From Phallusia mammillata (lineage: Eukaryota), in the NCBI GenBank assembly GCA_965637545.1, contig OZ281500.1, forward strand, positions 7,998,001 to 8,062,000: a stretch of 64,000 nt of DNA, written 5' to 3'. The translations under genes were made by a program, and so were the position numbers. Shown here in pieces: positions 14,301 through 28,554 of this stretch (its first letter is position 1; each line of letters opens with the position of its first letter). The notes under the pieces are model-generated. The model was given only the letters and a program-made list of their open reading frames with translations, was not told where the DNA came from and ran no database searches.

Positions 14301-15668
14301 ACAAGGACACTTATTAGAAATGAGGACAATTATTTAACCTCCTCATTGCTTTTCTTGCTCACAGCCTGCGTTTCGAGCTGGTGTGTCAACCCGTCTTGAC
14401 GACCGGGTCTTTTCGATGATCAACTTTAAAATGCAGCCAGTCGGATATTTTATGCAAGATGTCCATCCCGACCTCTACCGTGTTGATGACCTAAACGATG
14501 AAGTGAGTAACTTCATAACCCTTTGGGCATTTCAAAGCTTAAAGGGCACCGACAGATTTTTTCACCACCTATCTCAGTGTCATATGTTTCAAAAGCTATA
14601 CATAACAATGCCTTATGGTGGTTGGATGAATGTATTGAGTGTTGAAATTTCAGCTGGAATTTACTAAACCGTTTTTATTGCGCAACTTTGTATTTATATG
14701 ATTTTTTTCACTTTGTTGCAATGTTACAAGCAACTATTAACTGATGTCTATTTGCCAGGGAGCTGTAACTGTCGGTGGAAGGGAAGTCCCCCAACCTGAT
14801 CTTCTTCCACTCTCGGCTGAGTCCATCTCACAATACGGATGCTTCCTTCTTGATTGCGGATGGCGGATGTTCTTACTGGTGGGACGACAGAGCCCACAAG
14901 CGTTCATCAAAAACGTGCTCGGTGCACCACAATTTAGCAATATCGAAGAACCAATGGTAGGAAAGCTTGTTTCAAAGAATTTACTTGTCATTTACGTATT
15001 TCCACGCTAAACTACAAATTGCGTCCAATGTACTGGTCCAGTCCAAGAGGATATTTGCTCAGAACTAGGGACGATTAGTTTTTTTGTAATCGTCAGATCT
15101 GTGTATGACAAAACTCGATTGTAAGGTAAACTTCAAACGCGTAAATTTTAATAGGCGAAAAGTGCAAATGTTCGGAGTATAAGGGCAATGTTTCATATCA
15201 CTGGGTAAAAAACATGGGTACTCAACTATTGCTGTTTTGTAAGACGCACAGTTTTCATAATTATGAGCTGTCCTCAATGTCTCAGCTAAGATGGTTGGAA
15301 CTATAACAGTTAGATTTAGGTTATACGAAAACACAAAATTGCAATGTGTTTAATGACGGGATTACTTTGTTTCAGTATTCTATCCCTGAGCTGGAAAATC
15401 CCACGTCGGAACTTTTCCATAGTTTCATCGAATGGCTGCGCGAAAACCGACCGCACCACGCGCCAATAAGAGTTATCAGGTAAAAATGCCTTCTAATAAC
15501 CATTTGAAATCCATAGAAAATATGTATGATTTACGTTGGTTATTTGATGCTGACAGGGATGACAGCCGAGATCGCCACCTGTTTTTCTCGCGTCTTCACC
15601 AAGACCGGACGGAGTCATCAATGTCCCTACAGGAATTCCTAATTCACGTGCAACAGAAGCTCACCTAA
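5343..15668 (+). CDS. SEC24A/B: Protein transport protein Sec24A/B-type (COPII cargo adaptor), ~1178 aa, 21 coding exons
   Basis: Exons 5343-5415, 5586-6125, 7018-7163, 7321-7651, 7901-8094, 8400-8506, 8638-8762, 9888-10085, 10398-10504, 10645-10786, 11141-11310, 11525-11698, 11847-11901, 12009-12167, 12410-12582, 12910-13021, 13465-13643, 14365-14502, 14759-14956, 15376-15479, 15557-15668 join in frame (3537 nt). Features: Pro/Gln-rich N-terminus, NCNPE...[10 protein letters not shown], zinc finger [12 protein letters not shown]...[18 protein letters not shown] trunk, [43 protein letters not shown]. Confidence 0.96.
7453..7617 (+). repeat. Coding minisatellite: 11 x 15 bp encoding SGPP[M/T]
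   Basis: Unit TCAGGCCCACCAA(T/C)G is repeated 11 times with few substitutions inside the Sec24 exon 7321-7651. Confidence 0.95.
14012..14340. mobile_element. Degenerate inverted copy of the CAGGGTTGCCA MITE family in a Sec24 intron
   Basis: AGGGTTGCCATCGAC at ~14012 is the reverse complement of the right end of the 2738-3106 element. AAATAAGGAC-type motifs (reverse complement of GTCCTTATTT) occur at 14281-14330. Second TIR and TSD not found. Confidence 0.5.
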
Positions 15669-17226
15669 CCGTCGTCATGCACTGCGACTGTTCCACCGTT
15701 TTACCATGATTTGTTTTGCAATAACACGTCGAAGCTAGTACAGTCCTATAGTCGCGCGCGGCTTCTTCAGTGGCGGTTTACATTTCACGTTTGAGAAACT
15801 TTTTCTGAGGTGCATGACGGCTTGTCCGATAGCTTCAACCTTTTCCACTTCGCCGCGCCGCCCGTGAAATGCTGCTGTCCAATTTGGGCGCATTGAACTA
15901 CAGAGAAGGCCCAAACCAGCCTTTTTGAGTGATATATCCTCCCAAGAACTTACTGGTGCAAAAAGTCCAACGACTCGCACCCCTATACACTCTTTGCTTA
16001 GTTGCTATTTATTGCGTTGCGCCATAAAAATTAAAGTTTTATCTCCGGCTTTAAATTATATATCGAAAGTTCGTGTTTTAGTGTATTTAACGTCGTGCGC
16101 TCGTCGTGATAATGTGTGTTTTGCGTTTCTGTGCTTTGTACGTGTCGTTGAGTAACCCTTCGTTCTGCAATTTGGCCAGTTGGTCGACTTACATTATCGA
16201 AGAAATCTGTAACCCATTTTATTCTGTGTCCTTTAAGTTAAGGGCAAACACCATATCGCCACGAAGGGTCAATTTCGGGCTTCGAAAACTTTTGATTGTT
16301 CAAAATACTAGATTTTATGCAATTCATCGTCGTAATGGAAACTACTCATATACTACGAACACGTATTTTAAACATATACAAATGTACGTGTGCGTTGGAG
16401 CAATTTGTAACATACTATTGTGTGTCAATTAATTTATTAACCGTTACTCGCGAAAAATCTATATCTACATGTGATTTTTTTGAATTGCTTTGTGTGTTTC
16501 GTTATTTGAAACATTTTGTGTGGATACGAACAACGGAAATAGATGTTCGATTACCAATGATCAGAAACGGCGCAAAGTGCAGAACGAACAAACTTTTTCG
16601 GACGAAATATTACTTTGCTTAAATTTGCTGACGATCTAACCCAACTGTTGCATCGTTGGATAAAAGACATAAAAAGCATTTGTATGCAGAACTCAAATGT
16701 AAATAGCTGGTATTACGAGCATAGTGTGGTGGAGAGCTTTAATGCAATATGTGCCGCTGTTTTTAACACGCCATCAAAATGACAATTTTGAAATATATTT
16801 GCTTAATTCACATTTACTTGACGTTTTTCAAACGCATTGCGTTTTTCTCGTCGTATTGTCTGTTTGCTGATGCTACGTGAGTTCTGTTGATTGTACGTTT
16901 TGGCGCGCGTAAAATCGTCTAAAATAAAATTGCCATCAATGGAATGACCAGGGACCCCATTCTTAAATTTCGACAACAAATGCTTTGAAATTATTTGGAG
17001 AAACACAGGTGTACAACATTAGGCCCGCTCACATGCACAAATCTTACCGACTAAATTATTGTGTTTGAAAGACGTCACATACACAAAACTGTGACGTAAC
17101 GCCGTGATCAGTCAACCGTAAGAATCAAAACATGTAAGCACGTGCAATCTGTAAAAGAATCGTTATCTTGCTCTATTACAGTTTGGATGCTGTTTGGTAG
17201 CTTTGTAGTACGTAAAGCATCTTATT

Positions 17227-20101
17227 ATGGATCAATTTTCACCAAAAAAACAGAAAATTGGTGTGGAAGGTGATGCAATTGTACAAAACTTTATGGAGTG
17301 GATGAACCAAAGGCATTTTATAATTTCACCAAAAGTTCAAATCAAAAAAGCCTCCACTTCTGAAAGATACGGCCTTGTCGCCCTTGAAAACATCACAGAG
17401 GGGGAACAATTATTCCAGGTACCAAGGTAAGAAAGCTACATTGTACATATCACTTAAAAAAAATAAAAAATCATGACTTCGCATTTAATTGTCCTACCTT
17501 GACTTAACATCGCTTGCTTTTCGCCTACCTTTTTAGCAGGGGTCCATTGACTCTTGCAAATTCTGCTTATGTTTCCTTAAAATAGAAAATTGAGTCTAAG
17601 GGTTGTTTAGGAAGGGTGTGTTATTGCACATAATATGAATGATGACATGTGATTTCCACTCAGACCTATTAAGTTGAACTCCAGTCAAAATTTGCTCAAA
17701 GTGATTCTTGACCTTTTTTAAAGTTTCATCAATTGTTATGTTTTTCATTTCAGATCTTCATTACTTTGGGAGCAGACAAGCAGTATATCTGGTGCTTTGA
17801 CATCAAGCAAGGCCCTTGGCAGCACAAGTGGGTGGGTCAAGCTTGTGCTTTGCCTGATGTACGAGTACACTAACAAATCATCATTATTTCGACCTTACCT
17901 TGACTTTGCTCCTTCTGTTGAATGTATGGACCAGCCTATGTTTTGGAATGAAACTTCAAAACAATGGTTGAAAGGTATATATATTTTATAAAATGATAAA
18001 ACTGTTACTAAGAAAACGTTGTCCAATAAAAACCATAACAGAGAGAAAAGATGTGGAATACAGCATAAAACAAACTTTGCAGTTTGGGCTTTTTAACCTA
18101 GGTACAGAAAAATTCAGTTACAGACTGCCTATCAGTTGGAAATTAAAATAAAAAAGAGATGCATTTTGGAAACCATATGTTTAAATATCAAAGAAAACTT
18201 AATATCAAAGAAAACAAAGAAAAAAAAAACTCTGTAAAAATCTCCTGAACACAATTTTGTTGGGTAGTCTGCAAGGCATAAAAAACACTTTTTGGATCAT
18301 ATGCTAAATCAGAACTTTTCTATTAGTGTTTGAACAATTTTGACACAACTAAAGCTATCGATAAAAGTTAGGTTTTTAATTAACATGTTCTTTTTTACCA
18401 GGAACTGGTGTGCTTGATGCTGTTTCAAATGATCTGTCAATGATTGAAAGGGAATATAATGAAATTGCACTTCCGTTTATCAAAAGCAACCTTAAACTGG
18501 GGTTTAATGAATCTCTCCATGACATTAACCTTTACAAACACATGGTAAAAAGTAAAAACTACTTTAAAAGCAGTTTCATTGATTGAAAGGGAATTTAATG
18601 AAATTGCCCCTCCTTTTATCAAAAGCAACCTTAAACTGGGGTTTAATGAAAAACCACTTTTACCAAAATTTAAAAGCAGTTTACATTTTTAGAACTTTGT
18701 TTAATTCAGTTATGTAGTGGTATAAACAAACAGTATGCATTATATACAAACACCATTTATTTCACACTCTTATGTTCAAAGCGTTATGGTTTTGGTAACA
18801 CTGTCAAAAAATAACTTTTTGTTTATTAAATTAAGACAAACTAAACACGAATCACAAATTTACCAAAGTAATTCTTGTTTTTAGTGTGTGATACACTTAT
18901 CATATCTATTTTTCTGTGTGTGTTATTTTTTACAGCATTTTTCTTTTAACAACTGTGAAATTGAGTTTTAAGACTTGAGTTACTGGTTGCGCTAAAATGT
19001 GTTTTTTAGGTTGCATTTGTGATGGCATACAGTTTTACAGAAACAAGTGATGGAAATGAAGTAAACACTCCTTTTATGGTAAATTTGTTGAAACTGATTT
19101 CAAAATATGATCATAAAGGAGTATATTTACAATAGAATGCATTACATTTTTCATCTGACAATGTGTTTTAGGTGCCATTGGCAGATGTACTCAATCATGT
19201 AGCAAAAAATAATGCGTGTCTTGAATATGAAACAACCCACCTTAAGATGATTGCCACAAGGGACATTGCCGGTGATGAACAAATATACAACACATATGGA
19301 TGTGTTGCCAACTGGCAACTATTGCAGGTTATTAAATTAACACTGTGTGTGATAATTATTTGCACAAAGTTGAATCATTTTTTGGCTCGTGTTAAAGGAT
19401 TTACTTGTCTTGCACTAACTGTGGTTCATGAATTGAAGTCAATAATGCCAGCATCATATGTGCACATTTGCTGATTATAATTAGAAATATATATTTAGAT
19501 GTATGGTTTTGTGTTGAAGCACCCTTGCAATATTTACGACACTGTTGACTTAATGATGGAAACATTTTATGGTGTTTTAAAGACAAAATGCTCTTTAAAA
19601 TCCAACCAGGAAAAGTTTAAGTGGTTAACTACAACAGGTAGGCAAATGTTTATGTGTTTAGGAGAGTTAAATTATAACCCAAGTGGGACAAACTGTGATT
19701 TAGGTGGATTACTGCAAAACTCACCCATAACAGTGGGAATAGATGGAATTCTAAGTCATGAAGAATTTCAACTCTTTTTTAAAGTAATTCAAATGACACC
19801 AGAAGAATTCAAGTCATTTTGCATTGACTTTGAAACAGACAATTGGGAAACTGAATCTTCGGAATCATCTGAAGAAGACTCAGAATTTGAAATGCTCCCA
19901 TTTCGCAAGCTAGCAAAAATGTCCCAAGAAAACAAAATTATTTTAAAAGAAGTTGTCTCGCTAACATTAAGCCAGTTTTACAGCGAAACAAAAACACAAT
20001 CATTATCAGCTGTTGACCAATGGAGATATAATAGAGCATGCACTTTAATTCAAGGTCAAACCACAATTTTAAACACACTGCTCAATGCAATAAATGATTG
20101 A
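17227..20101 (+). CDS. SETD6: SETD6-like N-lysine methyltransferase, ~463 aa, 6 exons
   Basis: Exons 17227-17426, 17754-17974, 18402-18544, 19010-19078, 19172-19327, 19499-20101 are in frame (1392 nt). Motifs include SGWVKLVLCLMYE, MVPLADVLNHVAKNNACLEY, IYNTYG and QMYGF, typical of Rubisco-LSMT-type SET proteins of the SETD6 subfamily. Confidence 0.88.
18580..18650 (+). repeat. Intronic 71-bp copy of part of SETD6 exon 3
   Basis: 18580-18650 matches 18441-18511 (TGATTGAAAGGGAAT...GGGGTTTAATGAA) with about 4 mismatches. Confidence 0.85.
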
Positions 20102-22050
20102 TTCTTGATTTGTGTTTTATCTTAACTCGCGGATTTTAAAAGTAATTGTCTGTCCAATGGTGAAACAATGTTTTGATCAGTCCTGGTTGTGAGTAGGCTG
20201 AACATTACGGTTGTTTCGTTACCTTTCGTACAACTGTATCTGCAGATAAATTGTGAGCAATATCTAACAGTATTCAGGCAGCAATATTTTGTTAAAGAAC
20301 AGTTAGCTGTACCTAAATGGTGTAAATCTGTTGCAATATGGAGCAAAACCAGCATTCATTACATAAGTCAGAAATATCTACCTATTAGTCAACATATTTA
20401 AACACCAAACTATCAGAATAAACTAGTTTGAACATTTGTCAGGTATGCAACAGCAGTGTATTGAAAAATACTGAACAGGCGTTTCGTTGACCAGGTTGCA
20501 TATTCAATAAATTTTTCGTTTAACTGGTGTAATGTGTATTAATGTGTTTTTCCTGAAATCCACAGTTTGTCATACAAAGATCACTATAACAACTTGTGTT
20601 AATTTTTAAAAATGTAGTCCTACACATTGTACACTGTGGTGCAATATGATATTTTACTCATTTCAAAATAGGCCAAAGTGTTATCTCAACTATAGGTCTG
20701 TTATGTTTTGCCTTAAAAGGACAAGACTGTTCACTGCCTAATGAAATTATTTATTAACAATACTGTAAAATTATCTTGTGAATGCAAACTCATGAAAATA
20801 TTTTCTGGCCCTTGAGAAGTCTAACTCTGGGTGGAGCACCACTGCTTTGGTTAATGTGTAATGGTAAAGCTGTTAGTTCAATTTTGTGTGCTTTTTACGT
20901 GGTAAATGTCAGTAAGACTTCTGTTATCTAGATCAGGGTGGTCCTAGACTAAGATAATCTAGGTGTAAATATTTGGCAGGCCGCAAAGAAGAAACTTCTT
21001 TTGTATCAAAGGACAAAAATATTCTGTTTTAATCGACTTTGTTTTTAGACTTAAAATTATCCCACAAAGCATGGCTGCTAGCACTCAGTTACAACTGTTT
21101 TAAATACCAACAAATACTGATGTTCGCAACAAAAGGAAATTAAATCAACGTGTTTTTGTCACAGAGCAAAAGTCCTCATTGCTTTACAATAGATTTATGT
21201 TGACCCACAATTTAGGGCTCTGGCTACTGCAACTGATCCAATGATTGTATGCAGAAAGGGTTTTAGGGCCACTTGTGATTCATGTGTCAGGGTTTACTTT
21301 ATAACACCCTCATCTTAATGAATTACAACTTTTGGAAATGTGGATCTATTTGTTCACATTTTTTAAATGTTTTTGGTAATGGACTGTTATGCAACTTTGT
21401 GTACTATTTCCTGCACAGTATTAGAAGTGGCATCTTAATTTTGTTATGTTACAAGCGATTTTCAGTTGAGTTTTTTTTATGCTTTGTGTGACCACTGATA
21501 AGTCAACAGGCAAATGTAGTAACTCAAGTTTATTTGAGGGATCCTACACATTCAATACAAATTTTGACAATGCGGTTTAACACATTAAAATGTGAAACAA
21601 ATCAGCTTCAATACATTTATTGAGGAAAGTTATATTGTGGAATGAAAGATTGTTTAACACATTAAAATCTTTATTTTCGAAAACAAGGCAATCCATCAAA
21701 TGTATACAGGCAACCAGAAAATTTCAAAAACACATCTTTAAAATATTGGCTACCCAAACAGCTTGTAGCTGTTGGGGAAACATACAAAAGAGTTACCTAA
21801 GCATCCTGAAAAATGTACATTAACAAAATGAACACAAACTATATCTACATGAATAGCAAGCAAGAGGTAAGAATGCTGTGAGTCAATGCCTTCGTTCCAT
21901 TAACAATTTGCCTTCTAACCATTCACTGGGGAGGCCTGATGCGGCAGTGTTAAAAAAATCTCATCTTGATGGTGACAACTACTATTGTATTATAAGGCTT
22001 GATATAACATTCTTATCAGTCTTGCAAAAAGTTCTCATTCTTCTGGCCGT

Positions 22051-23231
22051 TCAAGGTGCTTTCTGTTGTCCCTTCTTGCCAATGAGTGACTTGTGTATGT
22101 GGGGAATCACACCTAAAAGGAAAACATATGTTTCATATTTGGCATGACAAGATATAGCAAATCAAGTCAAGCACTTGCCGACTTTATTTGTTAAAAGTAA
22201 ACTATATGAAAAGTGTAGTTACCTCCACCAGCAATGGTAGCCTTAATAAGTGAATCCAATTCTTCATCTCCCCTGATGGCCAACTGCAAGTGACGTGGTG
22301 TGATCCTCTTTACTTTCAAATCTTTGCTAGCATTTCCAGCCAACTCCAACACCTAAAAAGTTTAAGATGTTGTTATGGCAATGCAATATGAAATCAACTT
22401 ATTTAGAAACAAAATGTATGTAACAATAGTTCAATATCAAGAATCAGAATTGTATTGTGCAAAGTGCAATTGCAAACATACCTCAGCAGTGAGGTACTCC
22501 AAAATCGCAGCACTATATACTGCAGCAGTGGCCCCTACTCTTCCATGAGAAGTTGTCCTTGATTTCAAATGCCTGTGGATACGTCCCACTGGGAACTGTG
22601 AAGACACACATTAACAGAATATTAAAGCAGAACATAATCCTAAATGTTAAATTTTGGCCTAATTGGGCCCTTAGTATTTTTTATGCCACGTCAGAGTATG
22701 AATACGTAAAGAATCATGATTTTCATAGAACTTTGAAGGATTTATTTCATCACTTGTGGCAGTAAGTATATTAAACAGCGACAAAACGCAGAAAACAAAA
22801 GTAGGTATTACCTGAAGTCCTGCTCTCGCCGACCTCGAGATGGCTTTTGCCTTTGCTTTGCCGGAATCTTTACCTGCTTTGCCTCCTGCCTACATTGTAA
22901 TGATAAATGTTACAAAAAATAAAACTTTGAAATCTAGGCAACTTCCAAAGCAACGCAAAACATTTAAATGGTAACAGAATCTAAATCGAACAGTTTGTGA
23001 AAACGCCCTAAAACTATGCGCACGCGCAGTTAAACAAACACCTCGAGCGCGCAACAGCTAAGCCAACTTGAATCACAAATGAATTTCGAATTTGTGAAGT
23101 ACTGGGAGCATTTTATCAAAAAAAACACAAATGTCCGTGATCATTGAACTATGCGGCAACTAATTATGGTGAGTTTTCCAGTGGATGGCTTTCTTTTCCA
23201 ACAAATATTTTCAGATTAAAACACTCACCAT
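22051..23231 (-). CDS. H2AZ: Histone H2A.Z (H2A.V), 128 aa, 5 exons
   Basis: Exons 23231-23229 (ATG), 22889-22812, 22595-22482, 22352-22223, 22112-22051 give [128 protein letters not shown]. Confidence 0.99.
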
Positions 23232-23334
23232 TTTGTCTTTGTCCTGTACGTTGCTGCTGCTATCTCGACTGACGTAGACTGACGCGTCACCTGACCGGAA
23301 CGAACGCTCCTCTCTTTCTCGCAAACGTCACGAG

Positions 23335-23347
23335 CCAATTGACCAAT
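23335..23347. promoter_or_regulatory. Tandem CCAAT boxes upstream of H2A.Z
   Basis: CCAAT at 23335-23339 and 23343-23347, about 100 bp upstream of the ATG exon. Confidence 0.5.
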
Positions 23348-24041
23348 CACAGCGCGTTATGCTTGTATTCAAACAAAAGGCGGCGTTTTAGGGAGCAGAT
23401 TTTCCCGCCGATATACGATCAAAACATTCAAGCTTGTGCTGCACAAAGAAGCGTAGTAATTGCGCGCCCTTTGCGATTGTATTTATGGCACCGATCCCTT
23501 TTTCCCTCCCTGCGAGCAGGCTGGAGAGTGGGTTGAAGATTATTGCTGGTTTATAACGAAGATAACAATACATCTTTTGTGTTTTTAAGTACGTGCTGTT
23601 GCGACTAATTAACTCGTGTGAGTGAATTGTGACACAACAATGACCTTAATTGCCCACAATACAGTTATAAAGAGACCTTTTTTCCTGCACAAAGTCACAT
23701 ACATTATCACAAACGAAAGTTTATTTGGAAAAAGAAATCGAAGAAAACGAATGAATGCCATGAAAATCCACGTATGTAGTACGAAACGAAAAGCCACCTT
23801 GGTCAAAAATAATGAAGCTAAAATCCACACTGCTGTTTAACAAAACACCATTGGTACGAAGAAAAAGCCATTAAGAAAACAAAGCACAGTGCCAGATTAA
23901 TTTGCTATTGTGTAACCTACTTTTCCTGAAAACTCAAATTCAAACATAGTTGGGAGCTTTTTGTGTAAGGATTAGGGTCAGTCAGCTTTCCAAGGCGGGA
24001 GACAGACCATTAACTCCGTCAATATGCTTTGTTCATGCGGC

Positions 24042-26765
24042 TTACCGCCTGATAAACTTCCCGCGACCTCGCCCCAAACCAATGATAGATCGCGCTTGCG
24101 CCAGATTTGCTTCGCTGCCGGAAAGGGTAGTATTATCTTTTGGGCTGGCGCTTTTGCATGATCCGGTACCAGCAGCCGCTGCAGCGTACGTATTTTGAAA
24201 GCCACTGTATTGAGGTGTAGTGTATGGTTTGCATGACGGGTGCTGGGGACCAGTTGGAATTTCGTCTGACAATTTCAAGCTCTTTGGAAACTGTGCCGCC
24301 ATAACACCAACTTTGGCATTTGCAAATGGCTTATTTTTTGGACGGCGACTCATTTCGGATGGCTTGCAACTTGGCATGGACACCGGAGGCGGCAAGTCGT
24401 TATCACTGAACTGCTGCGTTGAGTCTATTATTCCATTTGTTACAGTTGATGTAGCAGACGCATTTTCAATGAAGGAGGTACCGCCTTCGCCATTATCATG
24501 TTCACTTTCTGACGCAGTGGCTGGTCCATGTGGTACAATCTCGTATTGGGCACGGTATCGTATATCTCTTGAGCCGAACTGAGAACCACCGTCTGGTGTA
24601 AATGATGCCGGCAAACTTAAGCCAGCGTCGTAACCACTTTCCTTTGACAGTGGATTTACTCTTGGGCCTGAACGGCGTGGCCTTTCGTCAATGATTATTC
24701 GTTCCGGTGGTGTGACGATGTAGGAGGGTGCTTGTCGAACCGGTAGATGGTTGTCCGTCACTTCAAATCCGTACACCGACGAAAGGCAATCGCTCATCCA
24801 ATAACAGCACTTTTTCGCTACAAGTAGGGCACAGTGGATGCATTCAATATCATCGTGATAATTACATTTTGTGTCGGACTCGTAGTCAAACATCGAACTG
24901 CTGCAGCCATCCTCGATTGTAGTGCGGGAAGGCCGAGTAACACCAGCGTGGTCAAACAATTCAACAGCAATGTCTTCCAACTCAAAAACCTTGTGTAGGC
25001 GATTGGCAATGCCAGCTCGAGCAGCCATCCAGTCCAGACAGTACAATGTTTTTCGAAGCTCACAAGTTCTTGTGTACAATGGTGGAAAGTTAAGTAAATT
25101 TCCATCTTCACTGATAAACTGCAGTAACTCTCTCCACATCTTGTCGTATTGCCCACATGCCAGTTCGAAATTTGCTTCAGGAATGCGGTGAGTTTTCTCC
25201 CGGAAGATGCTAACCTCTCCCCGCATGCCCATTTTAATAGGTCCTAAACATAAACAGGTATTTTTACGCTAACATTCTCATAAACACAAAAAAATGTGTT
25301 GGCATATTATGTAATAATAATGTCAACTAACATTATTTTTATCAGCTCTAGTTTGTCAAACCACATTTACATAAGGCTGTTATCAACCTGGATCAATAAA
25401 ATGATGCCATGTTCGCAAAATTCCTCCACTTAGTGTGTAATCAATGCATGCAACTTCGCAAGGTTGGTATCCTTCTTCATCAGGTAGCTCAAACAAAGAT
25501 TTGAAGGAAATAATGTAGAAGTGTACGTTGCATACGCCTGTAATATTCATAGATTTTAGTGCATAAGTTTAGATATTAAAAAAACTGCTGGAATAGTTTT
25601 ACTGCTTGCAGACAATTTGAAAAATTTTGAAAATGTTGTCCAATGTCATTCTGCCATTCATGTAAAAAAAATTAAAGTCGATGTTCTACGAAGCCTCATA
25701 TTTAGATGTCAGTACTTGGCTATGGCAAGAATTGGTGATCACAAGCTGAAGGAACCAGTTAATTGGTCAACACTAAAACACAGAAAATAGTATTTTACCG
25801 AATCCTTTCGGCCACATACTCCTTGCTGATTTTCTGTTTTCTTTTCTCTTTTTGTCCAAGAAATCATCAAAGTCAACTCTATCCTGTCAAAAACATTTGA
25901 CACAGATATGTTTGTTGCTCTGCTAAACACACAAACTATATTTAACCAGTGTGCTATTTCAGCTTTATTAAAGATATATCAAACTGCATTTACACTGTGT
26001 TTCCTACAGTTTCTGCCGTGGTGTACTATGTACAGTAATAACTAGTTCAATTTGTTGATAGGGTTCCTCTATTTCCCGGAATTGAGAATCTAAAATTGTT
26101 ATTTCCCAGGAATTTCGAGATCCCGACAAAATAATTTGACAATCTTTTGTGTGTTAGTCCGATAATTAAAATTAGTTTACATAAATTCAAAAAAAATGTT
26201 ACATTAACCATTATGCTAATTAATGTAACATTTGCTCGAATGATTCAGAAATATGACCAGTTGTTTTTTGAAGATTAACATCATAAAAAATATGTTTTTT
26301 ACTTGATTGCTGTTTTCCTGGGAACAAAATTCAATTGGAATATCCTGTGCATTTCATATCGAAACATTCCTGGTAGGGTACCCTAGTTGTGGATAAATAA
26401 AAAAAACCTACATCAATTCTTTTCCCAGTGCAATCAAGTCGACCAGGTCTAGGCTGATTGCGATTTGTCATCTTCCACTCTTTGGCTTTTGCTTCATATG
26501 GGGCCTTTTCCTTTGGTGACATGTTCTAAAAGGAGAAAACATCAAAAAATAAACACACAATTTGCATGACCAATGACCACATCCAAACCTTCCATGTTTC
26601 ATGAACTAATGGAACTGCTTCGCTTTTGTTCGAAACAGGCTTTCCTTGTCTTTTAAACTCTTTCATTGCTTCATCAAGATAAAAACTAAAGGCATTTCTT
26701 GGTGCTTTCTTTTTGCTTTTTTTAGGCTTGTTTAGCATTAAATCTTGACCACCAACAGCATACAT
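24042..26765 (-). CDS. MAEL: Maelstrom (piRNA pathway; HMG box plus MAEL domain), ~566-575 aa, 5 exons
   Basis: Exons start at 26765 or 26738 and run to 26589, then 26525-26412, 25883-25799, 25537-25388, 25243-24042. The N-terminal HMG box reads APRNAFSFYLDEAMKEFKRQG...WKNMSPKEKAPYEAKAKEWK. The MAEL domain reads YQPCEVACIDYTLSGGILRTWHHFIDPG...THRIP...FDYESDTKCNYHDDIECIHCAL (Cys/His zinc-type cluster). Disordered tail. Confidence 0.9.
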
Positions 26766-28554
26766 TTTGTTGTTTATCTTGACAGCACAACTCAATCTAT
26801 GTCATAACAACATAATTATACATCAAAAATTATCACAATTACAAATTGACCATATTTTAACATTTTATTGTTTAACCAACAAACAAAGTGAACAATGCAT
26901 GGGTGACACTGAGACTAGGTCAGGGGTGTGCATACTGCTATTGACATGGTCCGCTCTTATTAAATAGTTCATTGTTTTATACTTTTCACTGGTAAATCGT
27001 AGGAAGTTGTATTTGCACTGCATTGCTGGCAGTTTTGACATTGCGTTACAAAATATGGTTTAAAGCTCTTTGTGGAACTTTGTTTAAAATTTTCCCTTTA
27101 TGGCCGCCTTTTGTGGGGGGTGCAAACTGCAGGTCGGGAACCACTGCAATAAATGATTTTTTCATTACAATGCATGTGTGGTTTTATTGCCTGGCCCTCA
27201 GGATCATTATAGTAAATTTTGGCCCATTGCAAAAATCAGTTGCATGCATCTGCACTAGGTTAAGGACTTTTTACATAGTAAACTAGTATTAAACTTGGTC
27301 AAGAATGTAGAACTCTGGTACATGCAGTTCTTGAATATTCCTGTAAAGCAGTTTCAAATTTCTTATGTAGTGTGAGCAAGCAATTATAATTTTTTGTTTG
27401 GGCTTAATACATTGTATAACTGACGTAAGTCTAACTTTTTGCTGCGTGCGGATAGAGTTGTACAGAAACAATCCTTTGTGTATTTTAACTGTTTCTATTT
27501 AAAAAAAAAAAAAACATTTTGCAGCAAGTCTACATGATAAAAAACAAAACTTTGTGTACAAACTTTGTAAGACAAAGGTGCGGCAGGTATCGTTTTAGTT
27601 TTATCTGGCCTTTCTACAGTCATCAAAATTGCACACCCACGGGACTACTGTGAAAGTTTTGCAAACCATGTGTTCCCAGCAAAAACTTACTTCTTCCAGT
27701 TTTCATGGTCCAGTAATTTTGTTTTGTTGACATGACGTAATATATTTTTGGTTACAAGACTTTTTCAAAAATGCATTATCAGGGGTCAATTGAAAATGCT
27801 TGAGGTTAATCGTAAGGAAACATATAGTTTGACGTTACTTGTAGAACAAAATAATTTTCCAGATTTGATCAGGCACGCACGCATGCTGGCAGCATAGGCT
27901 ATGCTGCATAGCCTACCCAAATGGATATGACCATGACGACCCTCGTCACGTGGGTCACGAGAGAGCGGTCAGAGGTTAAGTGCCCCGTCAAATCGACACC
28001 AAACAATATAAACAATCGAGTCTGTTCCGAAATCTGAGTCCCTTTTACTTAAATTAATAAACTCAACAACTCAACAATTTGTGAATCCACACTAGATCCA
28101 CACAGTGAAATGTGACGCAGCCTCGACCCCATGAACGGTCCAACCCTTTGTGAGGGAATATATGCAAAATTATGAAATCACCTGTTTAATTAGGCTGTTT
28201 TAACGACATGTGATGTGTAAAGCAAAACTGCAAAAGATTACGTTTTGTCAAACGTAAGATATGCCCACTGCTTTGTGGATTGTGCAGTTGCGAAACAGAA
28301 ACAATAGTCATGTGCGGAGAGTGAGGTAGTCTTGTATGACGCAACATCATTTAACCGACTAAATGGAGCTGTTGCAGAAAGAGCAGTACACCAGGAAGTA
28401 GGCTAGCTAGGCCCGTTTGTTGCACCTATTATTTGCAGCATTCCCGTAACAGATTTAGGTATTGTTAGATTTATCAATAAAGTTTAAGAGAAAGGGCATG
28501 AATAACTTTTTTCCGCACTCGCCACCTGCAGGACCAGCAAAGTTCAAAGAAGTT

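Noticed and set aside
26072-26324. STAT/GAS-like motifs (TTCCCGGAA, TTCCCAGGAA, TTCCTGGGAA) in a MAEL intron
   Set aside because: They look like subterminal repeats of a decayed transposon fragment. No independent support for a regulatory role.
22051-26765. Maelstrom and H2A.Z as a co-oriented operon
   Set aside because: There is ~800 bp between the MAEL stop and the H2A.Z ATG, and H2A.Z has its own CCAAT boxes. No positive evidence of polycistronic transcription.
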